Positions 55,220 through 64,000 of a stretch of 64,000 nt of DNA are shown piece after piece; within the stretch, counting starts at the first letter, position 1, and every line of letters begins with the position of its first letter. The position numbers and the translations under genes are program-made. The DNA comes from Flectonema sp. DT1601. Lineage: Eukaryota. The stretch covers positions 62,001 to 126,000 of the forward strand of contig OZ025806.1 of NCBI GenBank assembly GCA_964019425.1, read 5' to 3'. The notes beneath the pieces were generated by a model, which searched no databases, had not been told where the DNA came from, and was given only the letters and a program-made list of their open reading frames with translations.

Positions 55220-56442
55220 TGACAGAAATCAACTAAAAGTCAACAGAATAATAATACATACGGCCAAAAGGTCAGTGTCTGAGTACTTTCCGGTTCCGTA
55301 ACTGTCAACGTGGATTGAGAGAGGCTCAGCAACACCGATAGCGTAAGCCAACTGAACCAAACATCTCTTTGCGAGTCCGGCGGCAACGATCGACTTGGCG
55401 ATCCAACGTCCGGCGTAGCACGCGGATCTGTCAACCTTGCTAGGATCCTTTCCTGAGAACGCACCTCCTCCGTGTGCTCCCCATCCACCGTAGGTGTCTA
55501 CGATAATCTTTCTTCCGGTGAGACCAGCGTCAGCGTTTGGTCCTCCGAGAACGAATCTGCCAGATGGGTTCAAGTGGTAGATGGTCTGTTTGTTTAGTTT
55601 GGTTTGGTTTGGTTTGGTTTGCTCGGCAGAACAGAACAGAACAGAAGTGAAGAGAGAAAGTGATAGAAAAGGGGAAAGTCGGAATTCCAAAGGGAAAGGA
55701 TACCTCCACTTCCTAGTTTCCGCAAATGATTTAAGAAAAGAATAGAAAAGAAACACACCTTGTCATCAAGGTACTTGGCTGGGATGACTTCCAAGCAAAG
55801 GGCCTTGAGGTCCTCTCTGATCTTCTCGTTGGTGACTTCCTCAGTGTGCTGACTCGAGATCAAGATGCAGTGAACTCTAAGTGGAGTCAACAATCTCTTA
55901 CCGTTGCTCTCATCGATCTCGTACTCAACAGTTACCTGAGTCTTGGCATCAGGTCTAGCCCATGCGAGGCTTCCGTTGTTTCTCTTCTCAGAGTGCTTCT
56001 GGGCCAATTGACGGGCCAATTCGTATGACAAAGGCATGAGAGTCTCGGTCTCATCAGTCGCGTATCCGAACATAAGTCCCTGGTCACCAGCTCCAAGTGC
56101 TCCCTCATCATCGTACTGGGTGCACTGACCAATGTCAGGTGACTGTTGCTCAATCGCAACTAACACGTTGCAGGTCTTGAAGTCAAATCCCTTCTCACAG
56201 TGATCGTATCCGATCTTCTGAACAGTCGCACGAAGGATGCTCTGGTAGTCGATAACGGCCTTGGTGGTGATCTCTCCGAACACCATAACCAATCCGGTCT
56301 TACAGCAAGACTCACATGCGACCTTCGACATTGGGTCGGCGGCAAGGCACGCGTCAAGGACGGCGTCAGAGAACTGATCGCACATCTTGTCAGGGTGACC
56401 CTCAGTCACGTGCTCCGAGGAGAACATAAAAGTACGTGGCAT
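54946..56442 (-). CDS. MAT: S-adenosylmethionine synthetase (394 aa); join(56442..55759, 55585..55262, 55122..54946)
   Basis: [47 protein letters not shown]; third exon [35 protein letters not shown]...FTWEKP. Confidence 0.97.
55123..55261 (-). other. MAT intron 2, 139 nt, phase 0, contains a (CAT)n microsatellite
   Basis: GCC|GTATGT...CAATAAAACAG|ATC. Confidence 0.92.
55586..55758 (-). other. MAT intron 1, 173 nt, phase 0
   Basis: AAG|GTGTGT...(CCAAA)n CTAAACAAACAG|ACC. Confidence 0.92.
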
Positions 56443-57106
56443 TTTGATAAAGTAAAGTTGATTGATAACTGTGAAAGTAATGATAAAACAGTTTATTTAA
56501 TATACATTCTTAAGAATGAATTAGGAAGCTACTCGACTACCACAACTCCTCAGAAAGATATCCCAACAAAAGATAAGATGTCATTCGTAAGACTCTCACT
56601 CTCTTGTTTCAGTAGATCTTTTTGGATATAAACATAGTTGAGTTGTGAATGTAAAGAAGAACTAAAAGGTAACATTTAACAGGTGACTAGACGACCCTCA
56701 CAAACAGAATCGATGAAGGGTTTAAATAAACCCTTCGTAAACGAAAAAAGATAAAATACAAAAAGATCGAACTTAAAAATAATAATTACAATTAATCTCC
56801 TCCCTGTTGGGAAATTGTCATCCCCACACACCTCCCCCCCCGTCGGATTTTATCAATGTAATTACTAGGGGAATCTCACTCTTTAACTTTTCTGATAAGA
56901 GGTCCGTCCCCCCCTACGCAAATACATTGATTTGGTATCCGTGAGAGATGAGTTTATATGTTGTAGAAAAAAAAACACGGTTTTTCCCGAGCGAAAAAAA
57001 TAATTATTTATCTCAACAGAGAATATACGTATTATTACAGTTCTATTGTTACAAAAGAAAGCAAAGAAAAAAAAAAAAAAAAATTTAAAAAAAAAAAGAA
57101 AAAAAA

Positions 57107-57234
57107 AACATTCAGATAAAAGCCTTTTATTTTGGTGATCGAAGAGAGTATTACTGGCGCACGGGGGGAAAAATTGATAAACGGTGTCGAATAATAAATA
57201 AAACAGCTCTTAAATCTGAATAGGTCTTCTTCTC
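57107..57234. repeat. Dispersed repeat family A, copy 4 (tail truncated)
   Basis: CATTCAGATAAAAGCC...ATAATAAATAAAACAGCTCTTAAATCTGAATAGGTCTTCTTCTC. Confidence 0.8.
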
Positions 57235-58056
57235 AATATTTTTTTTTTTTTTTACCTCAAACAAAAAAAAAAAAAAAAAAATTATGAAAAATCGAAAAAT
57301 CAAAGCATTCAGGTCAAAAACCCGAATGCTTTGATAATAACAATAAAAATTTAATTATTTATTTATTTACGAAGCCTAGGAAGCCAAAAGCCAGGAAAAG
57401 CTCACAGAGTAACAGTTATATCGCTACCAGCAACCGTGAGACTCTCACAGACGATAAGAGACGTAGAATTAAAAAAACTATTTTCAAAAAGAAAAAAATA
57501 AATAAAAACAAAAAATAAAAAACTACAATAACTACTGGAATTGCAAATTAACGATCACACACACACAGGATTTCACAAATGACACTAACCTTCAGCAATG
57601 TATACTAAGCTATATTTATTCTCTACGCTATCACCAAGTTTTCCTCCAGCCGAAGGCACTTCTGTAAAAGTTCGATGACGCTTACACATACATAATGATA
57701 CAATAATCACACGCTTCTCCAATGCTCTTCTTCCATCTTCCCTGTTACTCTGGCGAGGTACAGTGAGAGGGGAAAAAGAGTACTTTGCAAGAAGAATATA
57801 AAAAAGTTCATTACATCGCACCGCGCAACACCAATACTGCAAACTACGAAGCTACGAGGCAGAAGCAACACTCCAATTTTGTGTCGTCAGAATTGGTTTG
57901 GTAGCTCAAGGATCCGAATATAACTATGTCATTGTCAGCAAAGGGAAGGGGAACAAAAAGAATAATTTAAAAGAAAATAAATAATCCTCGAAAAATTCCG
58001 ACTGTTCGGTTTTCAGCAAAGAAGGTAACTTATTAAAAACAGAGATAGTTCAACAG

Positions 58057-58521
58057 CACAGAGAGAGGGGAAACTATGTAAAAACAGTAATAACAATTTT
58101 AGGTATTAAAAACACTTTTTTTTTTTTTTTTTGGGAAAAATCGCTAATTCCAATACAGAGGTTTCTGAACTTATTTTCTGTGGTAGGGGGAAAAAAATAA
58201 ATAAATAAAAAAGAGGTCTCCCGATTCCAAGTAAAGCAATATATTTATTAAAGCTTTACACCAACGGATGGGATGTTTGCTGAGCATCCTGCCACCCATT
58301 AAAAAAAAAAAAGGAAAACCTAAGCAAACACAAGCAAACACACAAAAGAGGAAACTGACCGAAGAAAAAAAACGTATTTGTAGTTGTTAATCAAAGACAC
58401 GCACAGAAAGGGGGTGAAACTTTGACAATGTAAAAACAGTAACAACTTTAGAGTATTAAAAACAAAATTAATATCAAAGTACTGTGACTGAAAAAAATAT
58501 TTGTGGTTGTTAATCAAAGAC
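58057..58521. repeat. Dispersed repeat family B, locally reiterated blocks
   Basis: TTTGT(A/G)GTTGTTAATCAAAGAC twice (~58377 and ~58500); ATGTAAAAACAGTAA...GTATTAAAAACA twice (~58076 and ~58428); GGGGTGAAACTTTGACA shared with ~14990. Confidence 0.75.
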
Positions 58522-58967
58522 AAATTACGTTTAGAAAAAAGAAAACATAAAAGGGAAAATTATATTTTTTTTTTTGTCTTATGATCAGAAGACGTTGTCG
58601 AATCTGGTAATTCGAGGACCACGTACAGTCAGGTTGAGCATCCCTGTAATACGTTTTAACTTATACTTAAATAAAGTCAAAAAAAAGGGGGGGGAAAAAA
58701 AAAACAGTTTTTTATTCTTGCTATAGTTTGTAGCACACTACTAGCGGCGCACTTTTTTTGTTATAAAAACAAAAAGTATAACGTTTTGAGGATATTCTAA
58801 AAATTCATAAATGAGGGAAAAGTACATTTGTGCACTTCTTTTGATGTGAAGCTAGATCTAATCTTGTAATGCCGCAACCATTGCAGCGTTGTCTTTTCTT
58901 CACATACTTGCAGAGTGCAGATACGGTTCATTACCTGCACAGAGAGGTAAACTAAATCGATATTCGA

Positions 58968-59072
58968 AACCCATTCAGATAAAGCCTTCAGATATTAATC
59001 GAAAGACTGCAGCAATACCGACACCACAGTGATATGGATAATCTGAATTAGTTTTCTTTCTCCGACTTCGTC
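58968..59072. repeat. Dispersed repeat family A, copy 5 (internally deleted)
   Basis: CCATTCAGATAAAGCC...CAGCAATACCGACAC...AATCTGAATTAGTTTTCTTTCTCCGACTTCGTC. Confidence 0.8.
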
Positions 59073-59139
59073 ATCGAAAACGCTTCAACAGATTTTTTCC
59101 GAAAACTTTTTTTTGTTTTCAGATCGAAAGTAAAAATCG

Positions 59140-60645
59140 TCAAATCGTAAATTTATCAACCCGACTAGAAACACTCGAGGGCTGTACTTCATAAATATAG
59201 TTATGGAGATAATTTAATAATGAAATGTTCACTTCCATTTGTGCTTTACAAGATTCCACTGAGACTTCAGGAAGTGACACAGAGGCTGGTGTGCCATATG
59301 TTGTTTTTAGTGCAGTAAAAAACGGACATGGAGGAGGAATAATCGGAGCATAAATCATGTCTGACGGGTATTCTCTATCTCTGCAGTTCATTGGTAGAGC
59401 AACTGAATCTGTGAAGACGTAATTTGTTGATTTTTTAGATGAAGAGCTACTCGAACTACTGTCTTCATCACTTTGGTCGTCAAGTTCACTACAGAACACA
59501 AGAGTTAATTCTTTATCTCTCTGTGAGATCGGGTCTAAATCAGTCATTTCTTTTATCGAAATACCATTGACCGATTTCAAATATGATTTTATGAAACAGG
59601 CTCCTCCAACATCACAAGCGAGGGTATCGCTGTAGACTCCGCTGAGCATTTTATTTTTATGAAAGAGGAATCCACTGTCAACATCGGTTGAAATACGAGG
59701 AATTGTTATTCTATCTCTGAGACCAACTGTGAGATTAGTATGAATCCGATCAGAAGGTAAACTACCCAAAACTTTATCAAAATGAGACTCAGAATGAACA
59801 GGAACTCCTTGAGCATGAGTAATGCTTAATCCCACGGCGTTACTAATCCCAGGGACTGAAGCAGTTCGAGATGACCCGTTCACAGCAGAAATAATTAAAT
59901 CTGACGTTATGAGACCTACATCATAAGCAGGTTTAGAGCAGTCATATGGAATGCAATATGTCTTTGATTCTACTGAAGGTTCAAACACCGGCTTAGCCCA
60001 TTCAATTACACTACTTTTTACAATTGGAGATTCAGGCTGTTGTCGAGTTGGTGACACTACAGTGTTGGTGGTTGCCTTATCTCGATCGATTTTATTCATG
60101 AACTTATCTGATTCATTATTACGTCTTTGTTGTTTTATCAAAGTCAACTTTTCTTTAGGATTAAGGTATCCCTTTCCTTTTCTCTTACATATGTATTGAA
60201 GGTCACCAATATTTGCAACCTTTTTAACAGGAAGAGGTGTATTTCTTTTATTATTTATCGCAATGATAGAAAGCCATGCCTCTCTAGCACTAGAAGTTTG
60301 TGCATCCCACGTCATGCTTGGTTCTGGTTCATTGGGTGATGGCATTAGACAGAATCGCAGTCCCTTATCAGTGTGACAGTAAACCACTCCTTGAATTTCA
60401 GAGGCGCTTAGTAATCGTAAGATCTGTCCTCGTTTTCCTGATATCATGATTACTCCGTCATAGTTTGTTGTTATAAGTAATCCAACATTCTTAGATCCTC
60501 CTTTCGTATCTATTTTTCTTACTTTAGCATAATGAACCAGATCAGATGCTTTTCCAAAAGCATAGTCAGATTTTACTGGTGGAATAGGTATCGAACCTGG
60601 AAGAGGAAGAGCGGTGTCCTCAGGACCTGGACCCTCATACGACAT
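59140..60645 (-). CDS. Hypothetical protein (501 aa), possible PH-like N-terminal domain and two degenerate PDZ-like segments
   Basis: Long ORF; HYAKVRKI...LLIT...ILRLL..SEI (PH-like); VGL...ISAV...ITHAQGVPV and SGFLF...LSGV...LKSVNGISI (PDZ-like). Domain calls are tentative. Confidence 0.8.
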   Translation of the reverse strand: MSYEGPGPEDTALPLPGSIPIPPVKSDYAFGKASDLVHYAKVRKIDTKGGSKNVGLLITTNYDGVIMISGKRGQILRLLSASEIQGVVYCHTDKGLRFCLMPSPNEPEPSMTWDAQTSSAREAWLSIIAINNKRNTPLPVKKVANIGDLQYICKRKGKGYLNPKEKLTLIKQQRRNNESDKFMNKIDRDKATTNTVVSPTRQQPESPIVKSSVIEWAKPVFEPSVESKTYCIPYDCSKPAYDVGLITSDLIISAVNGSSRTASVPGISNAVGLSITHAQGVPVHSESHFDKVLGSLPSDRIHTNLTVGLRDRITIPRISTDVDSGFLFHKNKMLSGVYSDTLACDVGGACFIKSYLKSVNGISIKEMTDLDPISQRDKELTLVFCSELDDQSDEDSSSSSSSSKKSTNYVFTDSVALPMNCRDREYPSDMIYAPIIPPPCPFFTALKTTYGTPASVSLPEVSVESCKAQMEVNISLLNYLHNYIYEVQPSSVSSRVDKFTI

Positions 60646-61298
60646 TATTTATTACTGCATTCTGTTCTCAAAAAAAAAAAAAAAAAAAAAAAAATAGAAT
60701 AGAATAGAATTACATTTGGATTGTCACACAAGATTTTCCAAGATGATTGTCGTAAGCGACGTACAAAGATATAAAATAATCAAAATATCAACACGAGTAA
60801 GAGACATATACAATTACAAATGGTGACTCCCAGGATGTTCAATGATGCTGAAGCCTCGTTTCTGAGTAGCGATTCCGATGTTGCTGTGAAAACAACCGAC
60901 GAAACCTAAAATTACATTTAAGTGATCCTTATGGAGGACCGTGTTCTGATGTAAAATATAAATAAAATATTTAACACTCGCAAAATATAAAAACTAGCAA
61001 AAAAATATCAGCAAAAAAAATATCACAAAAAAAGTGATCCCGTAGCAGTGTAGCATTCATTTAACCATCGTTTTTTTTTTTTTTTTTTGTTTGTTTATTT
61101 TTTCCCCCCCTCATTCCTAAATTCCGGTTAAATCCTTAAAATACACATATAACAATCAACAGCGACAACAACAAATGAAATTTCTGAAACGTATGCGATC
61201 GGAGACAGTAGAGTTAAGAAGACAGAACTTTCCTCAAAGATCAAAGGAGGGGCACAACAAACAACATAATAATATTTGTAATAAAAGTGTTCTCCTTC

Positions 61299-63254
61299 TC
61301 AATTATCCAATTCGATAGTTTTGTTATTTGAAGGAAGCACAATGAGACCATCACTACCAGCACCACCAGATGCAGAAAATGGAGTCTTTCTTTGAGAGAC
61401 GAGATGGAATGTGGGAGTCAGACCTCCAATACCACCACGGCATTGAATAGAACCTGAATTTTGAAATGATCGTTCAGAACATTTTATTTGAATACAACCA
61501 CCTGATCCGCCTCCTCCTCCAGAAGTTCCCTGAGTAGGACCAGAGTCACCAGGTGTGCCATTGCAAGAGATGGTTCCGTTATTTTCAAAAACAGAAGTTG
61601 TAATTAATAAACATCCTCCACCATTACCTCCTTTAATACACGTATTAACTCTTTGAGATAGGAAAGTGTCATGAGAAGCTGTTGAGGAAACGCTTCCCGT
61701 GTCAGAGTCACAGAGAGGGGCAAATGGATGACCTCCTCCACCACCAGCACCCATAAAAAATGGTTTTGAATTTTGGGACCCACCTTTACCCCCAGCTGTG
61801 GTCGAACGTCCTGAAGTACCCGATAGGATTGCTCCTCCCCCTCCTCCCCCGCCTGATTCTCTTCCAGTTTGGGCACTGCCACCACCACCTCCAGAATTAT
61901 TGCATGCAGTGCTGTAGGTTCCTTCTCCTATGTCAGATTCACCTTGTTGAGCTTGGTCTTGATTATGTTCACAAAGATATTCCCCTCCACGATAACCTAA
62001 ACCATCAAGTATTATTGAACCACCACTTTCTATTATAATTGTGTCACATTTTATATCAATGCTGCCTCCAGATTGGCCATTCCACGGCCTAGTTCGAATA
62101 CATCCGCCGTTTTGAATAATTACAGAACCGAATACGTGACTTCCAGGGAGGAGAAATTCTTCAGAATCTACGAGAAGGCTGACTACTTGTGTCGATGCAG
62201 TAGTGACTAATAATAATAAAGAGAAAGTAACTCCAGTAATAGCTGCATCACTTATGATATTATCAGAATCAGATAGAGGATCAGGTAGGGAAATAGAATC
62301 ATCAGTTGCACAATTAGTTTCTGCGATCATAGTAAGCAACTCCTGTGTTGACCGCTCTGGACTAGGCGATGACGGAATCACAGCCGGTAATGCACTCTTG
62401 AGCTGTTTGATACCTGGAATTGCAAGCTGACCACGTATTGTGATATAAGAAAGTTCACATAATAAAAATGACCCAGGACTCGTACTGTCAATAGGATTTA
62501 TTCTTGGATAACCAATTGATGGTAAAACTTCTGACAGGTCATTTACTTGCGACAGATCATTCAAAATAGATGGACTCACTGAAACACCTCTCAGACTGTC
62601 AGCAGCTATCGCAGCCCTAATCGCTCTGAGTGAGTTGAGAAGCCATGGAAGCACTCGTTTAGTTAGTTCTGTTTTGTGGGTTTGTAGTTTTTCTGTTTCA
62701 CTGCGACATCTGTCCTGAAGAACGTTTGCTCTGTTTTTAATTCTACCCATCTCATCGTATTTCGTGACCTTAGTTGATGAATAGGCAACTTGATCAACGA
62801 GGAAATCAGCGTACAATGCAACCTGATAAGCAGAGTCGTGAACAGATACTAACGCGTCATCAACGTCACTCGCAAACTGTTCAACAACAGCAAAAGCATC
62901 CCCGAGAAGGATCTCCCAAGATTCAAGAACTTCTCGTCTGGGTACAGTTGTTATTAAACACATCGCATCAGGTGACTCACGGACTTCTGACAACAATGAG
63001 AATGTCTCTGGTGAGGGTGAGAGGGTACATCTATTTTGATGATTCTGCATTAAGCTATGTATCGCAACCCATTCTTTATGGATTACTCCTATCTCATGAA
63101 TTGTAAAAGACAGTTCTTCGAGTGTCTTTGTCTTGTCTTGCAGAACTACGTCACCAAAACTCAACGCTCGTGAACTCAACCTCCCTAAAAATAAATTCCA
63201 TAACCTATGTGCCTGAGCTAACTTCTCGGGTGATTCCTCAGCATTAAGCTGCAT
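61299..63254 (-). CDS. Hypothetical protein (~651 aa): helical/coiled-coil N-terminus, C-terminal glycine-rich (ALK/LTK-GRD-like) domain
   Basis: First ATG at 63254; GGSIILDGLGYRGG...GGGGGGGA...MGAGGGGG...GGNGGGCLLI...GTISCNG...GGGGGSGGCIQI. Confidence 0.8.
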   Translation of the reverse strand: MQLNAEESPEKLAQAHRLWNLFLGRLSSRALSFGDVVLQDKTKTLEELSFTIHEIGVIHKEWVAIHSLMQNHQNRCTLSPSPETFSLLSEVRESPDAMCLITTVPRREVLESWEILLGDAFAVVEQFASDVDDALVSVHDSAYQVALYADFLVDQVAYSSTKVTKYDEMGRIKNRANVLQDRCRSETEKLQTHKTELTKRVLPWLLNSLRAIRAAIAADSLRGVSVSPSILNDLSQVNDLSEVLPSIGYPRINPIDSTSPGSFLLCELSYITIRGQLAIPGIKQLKSALPAVIPSSPSPERSTQELLTMIAETNCATDDSISLPDPLSDSDNIISDAAITGVTFSLLLLVTTASTQVVSLLVDSEEFLLPGSHVFGSVIIQNGGCIRTRPWNGQSGGSIDIKCDTIIIESGGSIILDGLGYRGGEYLCEHNQDQAQQGESDIGEGTYSTACNNSGGGGGSAQTGRESGGGGGGGAILSGTSGRSTTAGGKGGSQNSKPFFMGAGGGGGHPFAPLCDSDTGSVSSTASHDTFLSQRVNTCIKGGNGGGCLLITTSVFENNGTISCNGTPGDSGPTQGTSGGGGGSGGCIQIKCSERSFQNSGSIQCRGGIGGLTPTFHLVSQRKTPFSASGGAGSDGLIVLPSNNKTIELDN

Positions 63255-64000
63255 TTTGTTCTCCAGTTGAGTGTCTGTATACCGAACAACCCTTGTTTGG
63301 ATGATGTAAAAGATAATAATATTTGGAAGCAATGATCACTTCATTCGACTACAACCAACCACTCGAGAACAAATGTTAACATTGAAACGTAAACTGTTAA
63401 ACGAAGTAAAACTTTCTAATTGCAAGTAATAAGACTGTTTCTCTGGATCTCTCTTGTTCTGTATGAGAACGAATTTCGATGTTTATTCACTTTCGACGGA
63501 AAGGGGAAAATGTCAGAAAAAAGTTTTTCAACTAACAAAGCGACGGTGATTACAGGAAATCCGTATCAAAAACACTCTCTGAGGGGAAAATTCTCTTTTT
63601 CCTTTTTTTTTTTAAAAAACGTTTTTTTTTTTTTTGTTGCTTTCTTTTTTTTGTTTCGCGCACGAAAAATCACAATTCTTGTCAAACCGTAGAAGTCCGA
63701 ATAGAGTTGAGCTTATGAGTTGCTGCAAACAATAACCTTTTTACTGACAAAGGGGTTGTTCAGTATAAAAGAATTCATAAAGAAGAAGAAGAATAAAAAA
63801 AAAAAAGAAGAGCAGGATATTAATTACTAATAATCGTCCTCTCATGATATCCACATCCTGATAGTTTCTTTTTTATATTTTCTTCGCTAGCGAGGGGAGG
63901 CAACTCTTAGAAGTTTTCTCAATTATTATTATTTCAAAAAAGGTACGAGTGAGAGTATATCATTCCTCGAACAAGTATTGCTGAACAGAAATAATTTCTT

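Noticed and set aside
55117..55592. METTL16-type UACAGA methylation motif at MAT intron acceptors
   Set aside because: Sites read AACAGA, the same as acceptors of unrelated genes here; no MAT-specific signal
54946..56442. Split MAT ORFs as a pseudogene or frameshift
   Set aside because: Two GT-AG introns restore a complete 394-aa enzyme
1..64000. Bacterial contig or contamination explaining the bacterial-like genes
   Set aside because: Spliceosomal introns, PEX13, Ubl-ankyrin and PH-domain genes, and uniform poly-A/T spacers flank them

Overview
Eukaryotic protist DNA. Every credible protein gene (about 17) lies on the minus strand, separated by AT-rich spacers full of poly-A/poly-T tracts. 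Five short phase-0 GT-AG introns have A-rich acceptors. The one-strand gene array, kinetoplastid-like MAT sequence, YG-rich PEX13 and cis-introns suggest a euglenozoan, probably a diplonemid (inference). Highlights: (1) a 2595-aa megasynthase with the architecture ACBP x3 - FAAL - FAAL - (degenerate ACP-like linker) - KS - AT and no intact carrier domain; (2) two genes that look chlamydial (a 2Fe-2S ferredoxin and a CT387-like LOG-fold protein) flanking it, together with a mitochondrion-targeted APS reductase; (3) a glutaredoxin-fused thioredoxin reductase whose selenocysteine tail (GC-U-G) sits in a 48-nt exon missed by the ORF track; (4) a >2000-aa secreted protein with bacterial RTX-like repeats, mostly missed by the ORF track; (5) a membrane-anchored heme peroxidase-DOMON-mucin protein; (6) two families of short dispersed repeats. 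Family assignments come from motif recognition and recall, not database searches.
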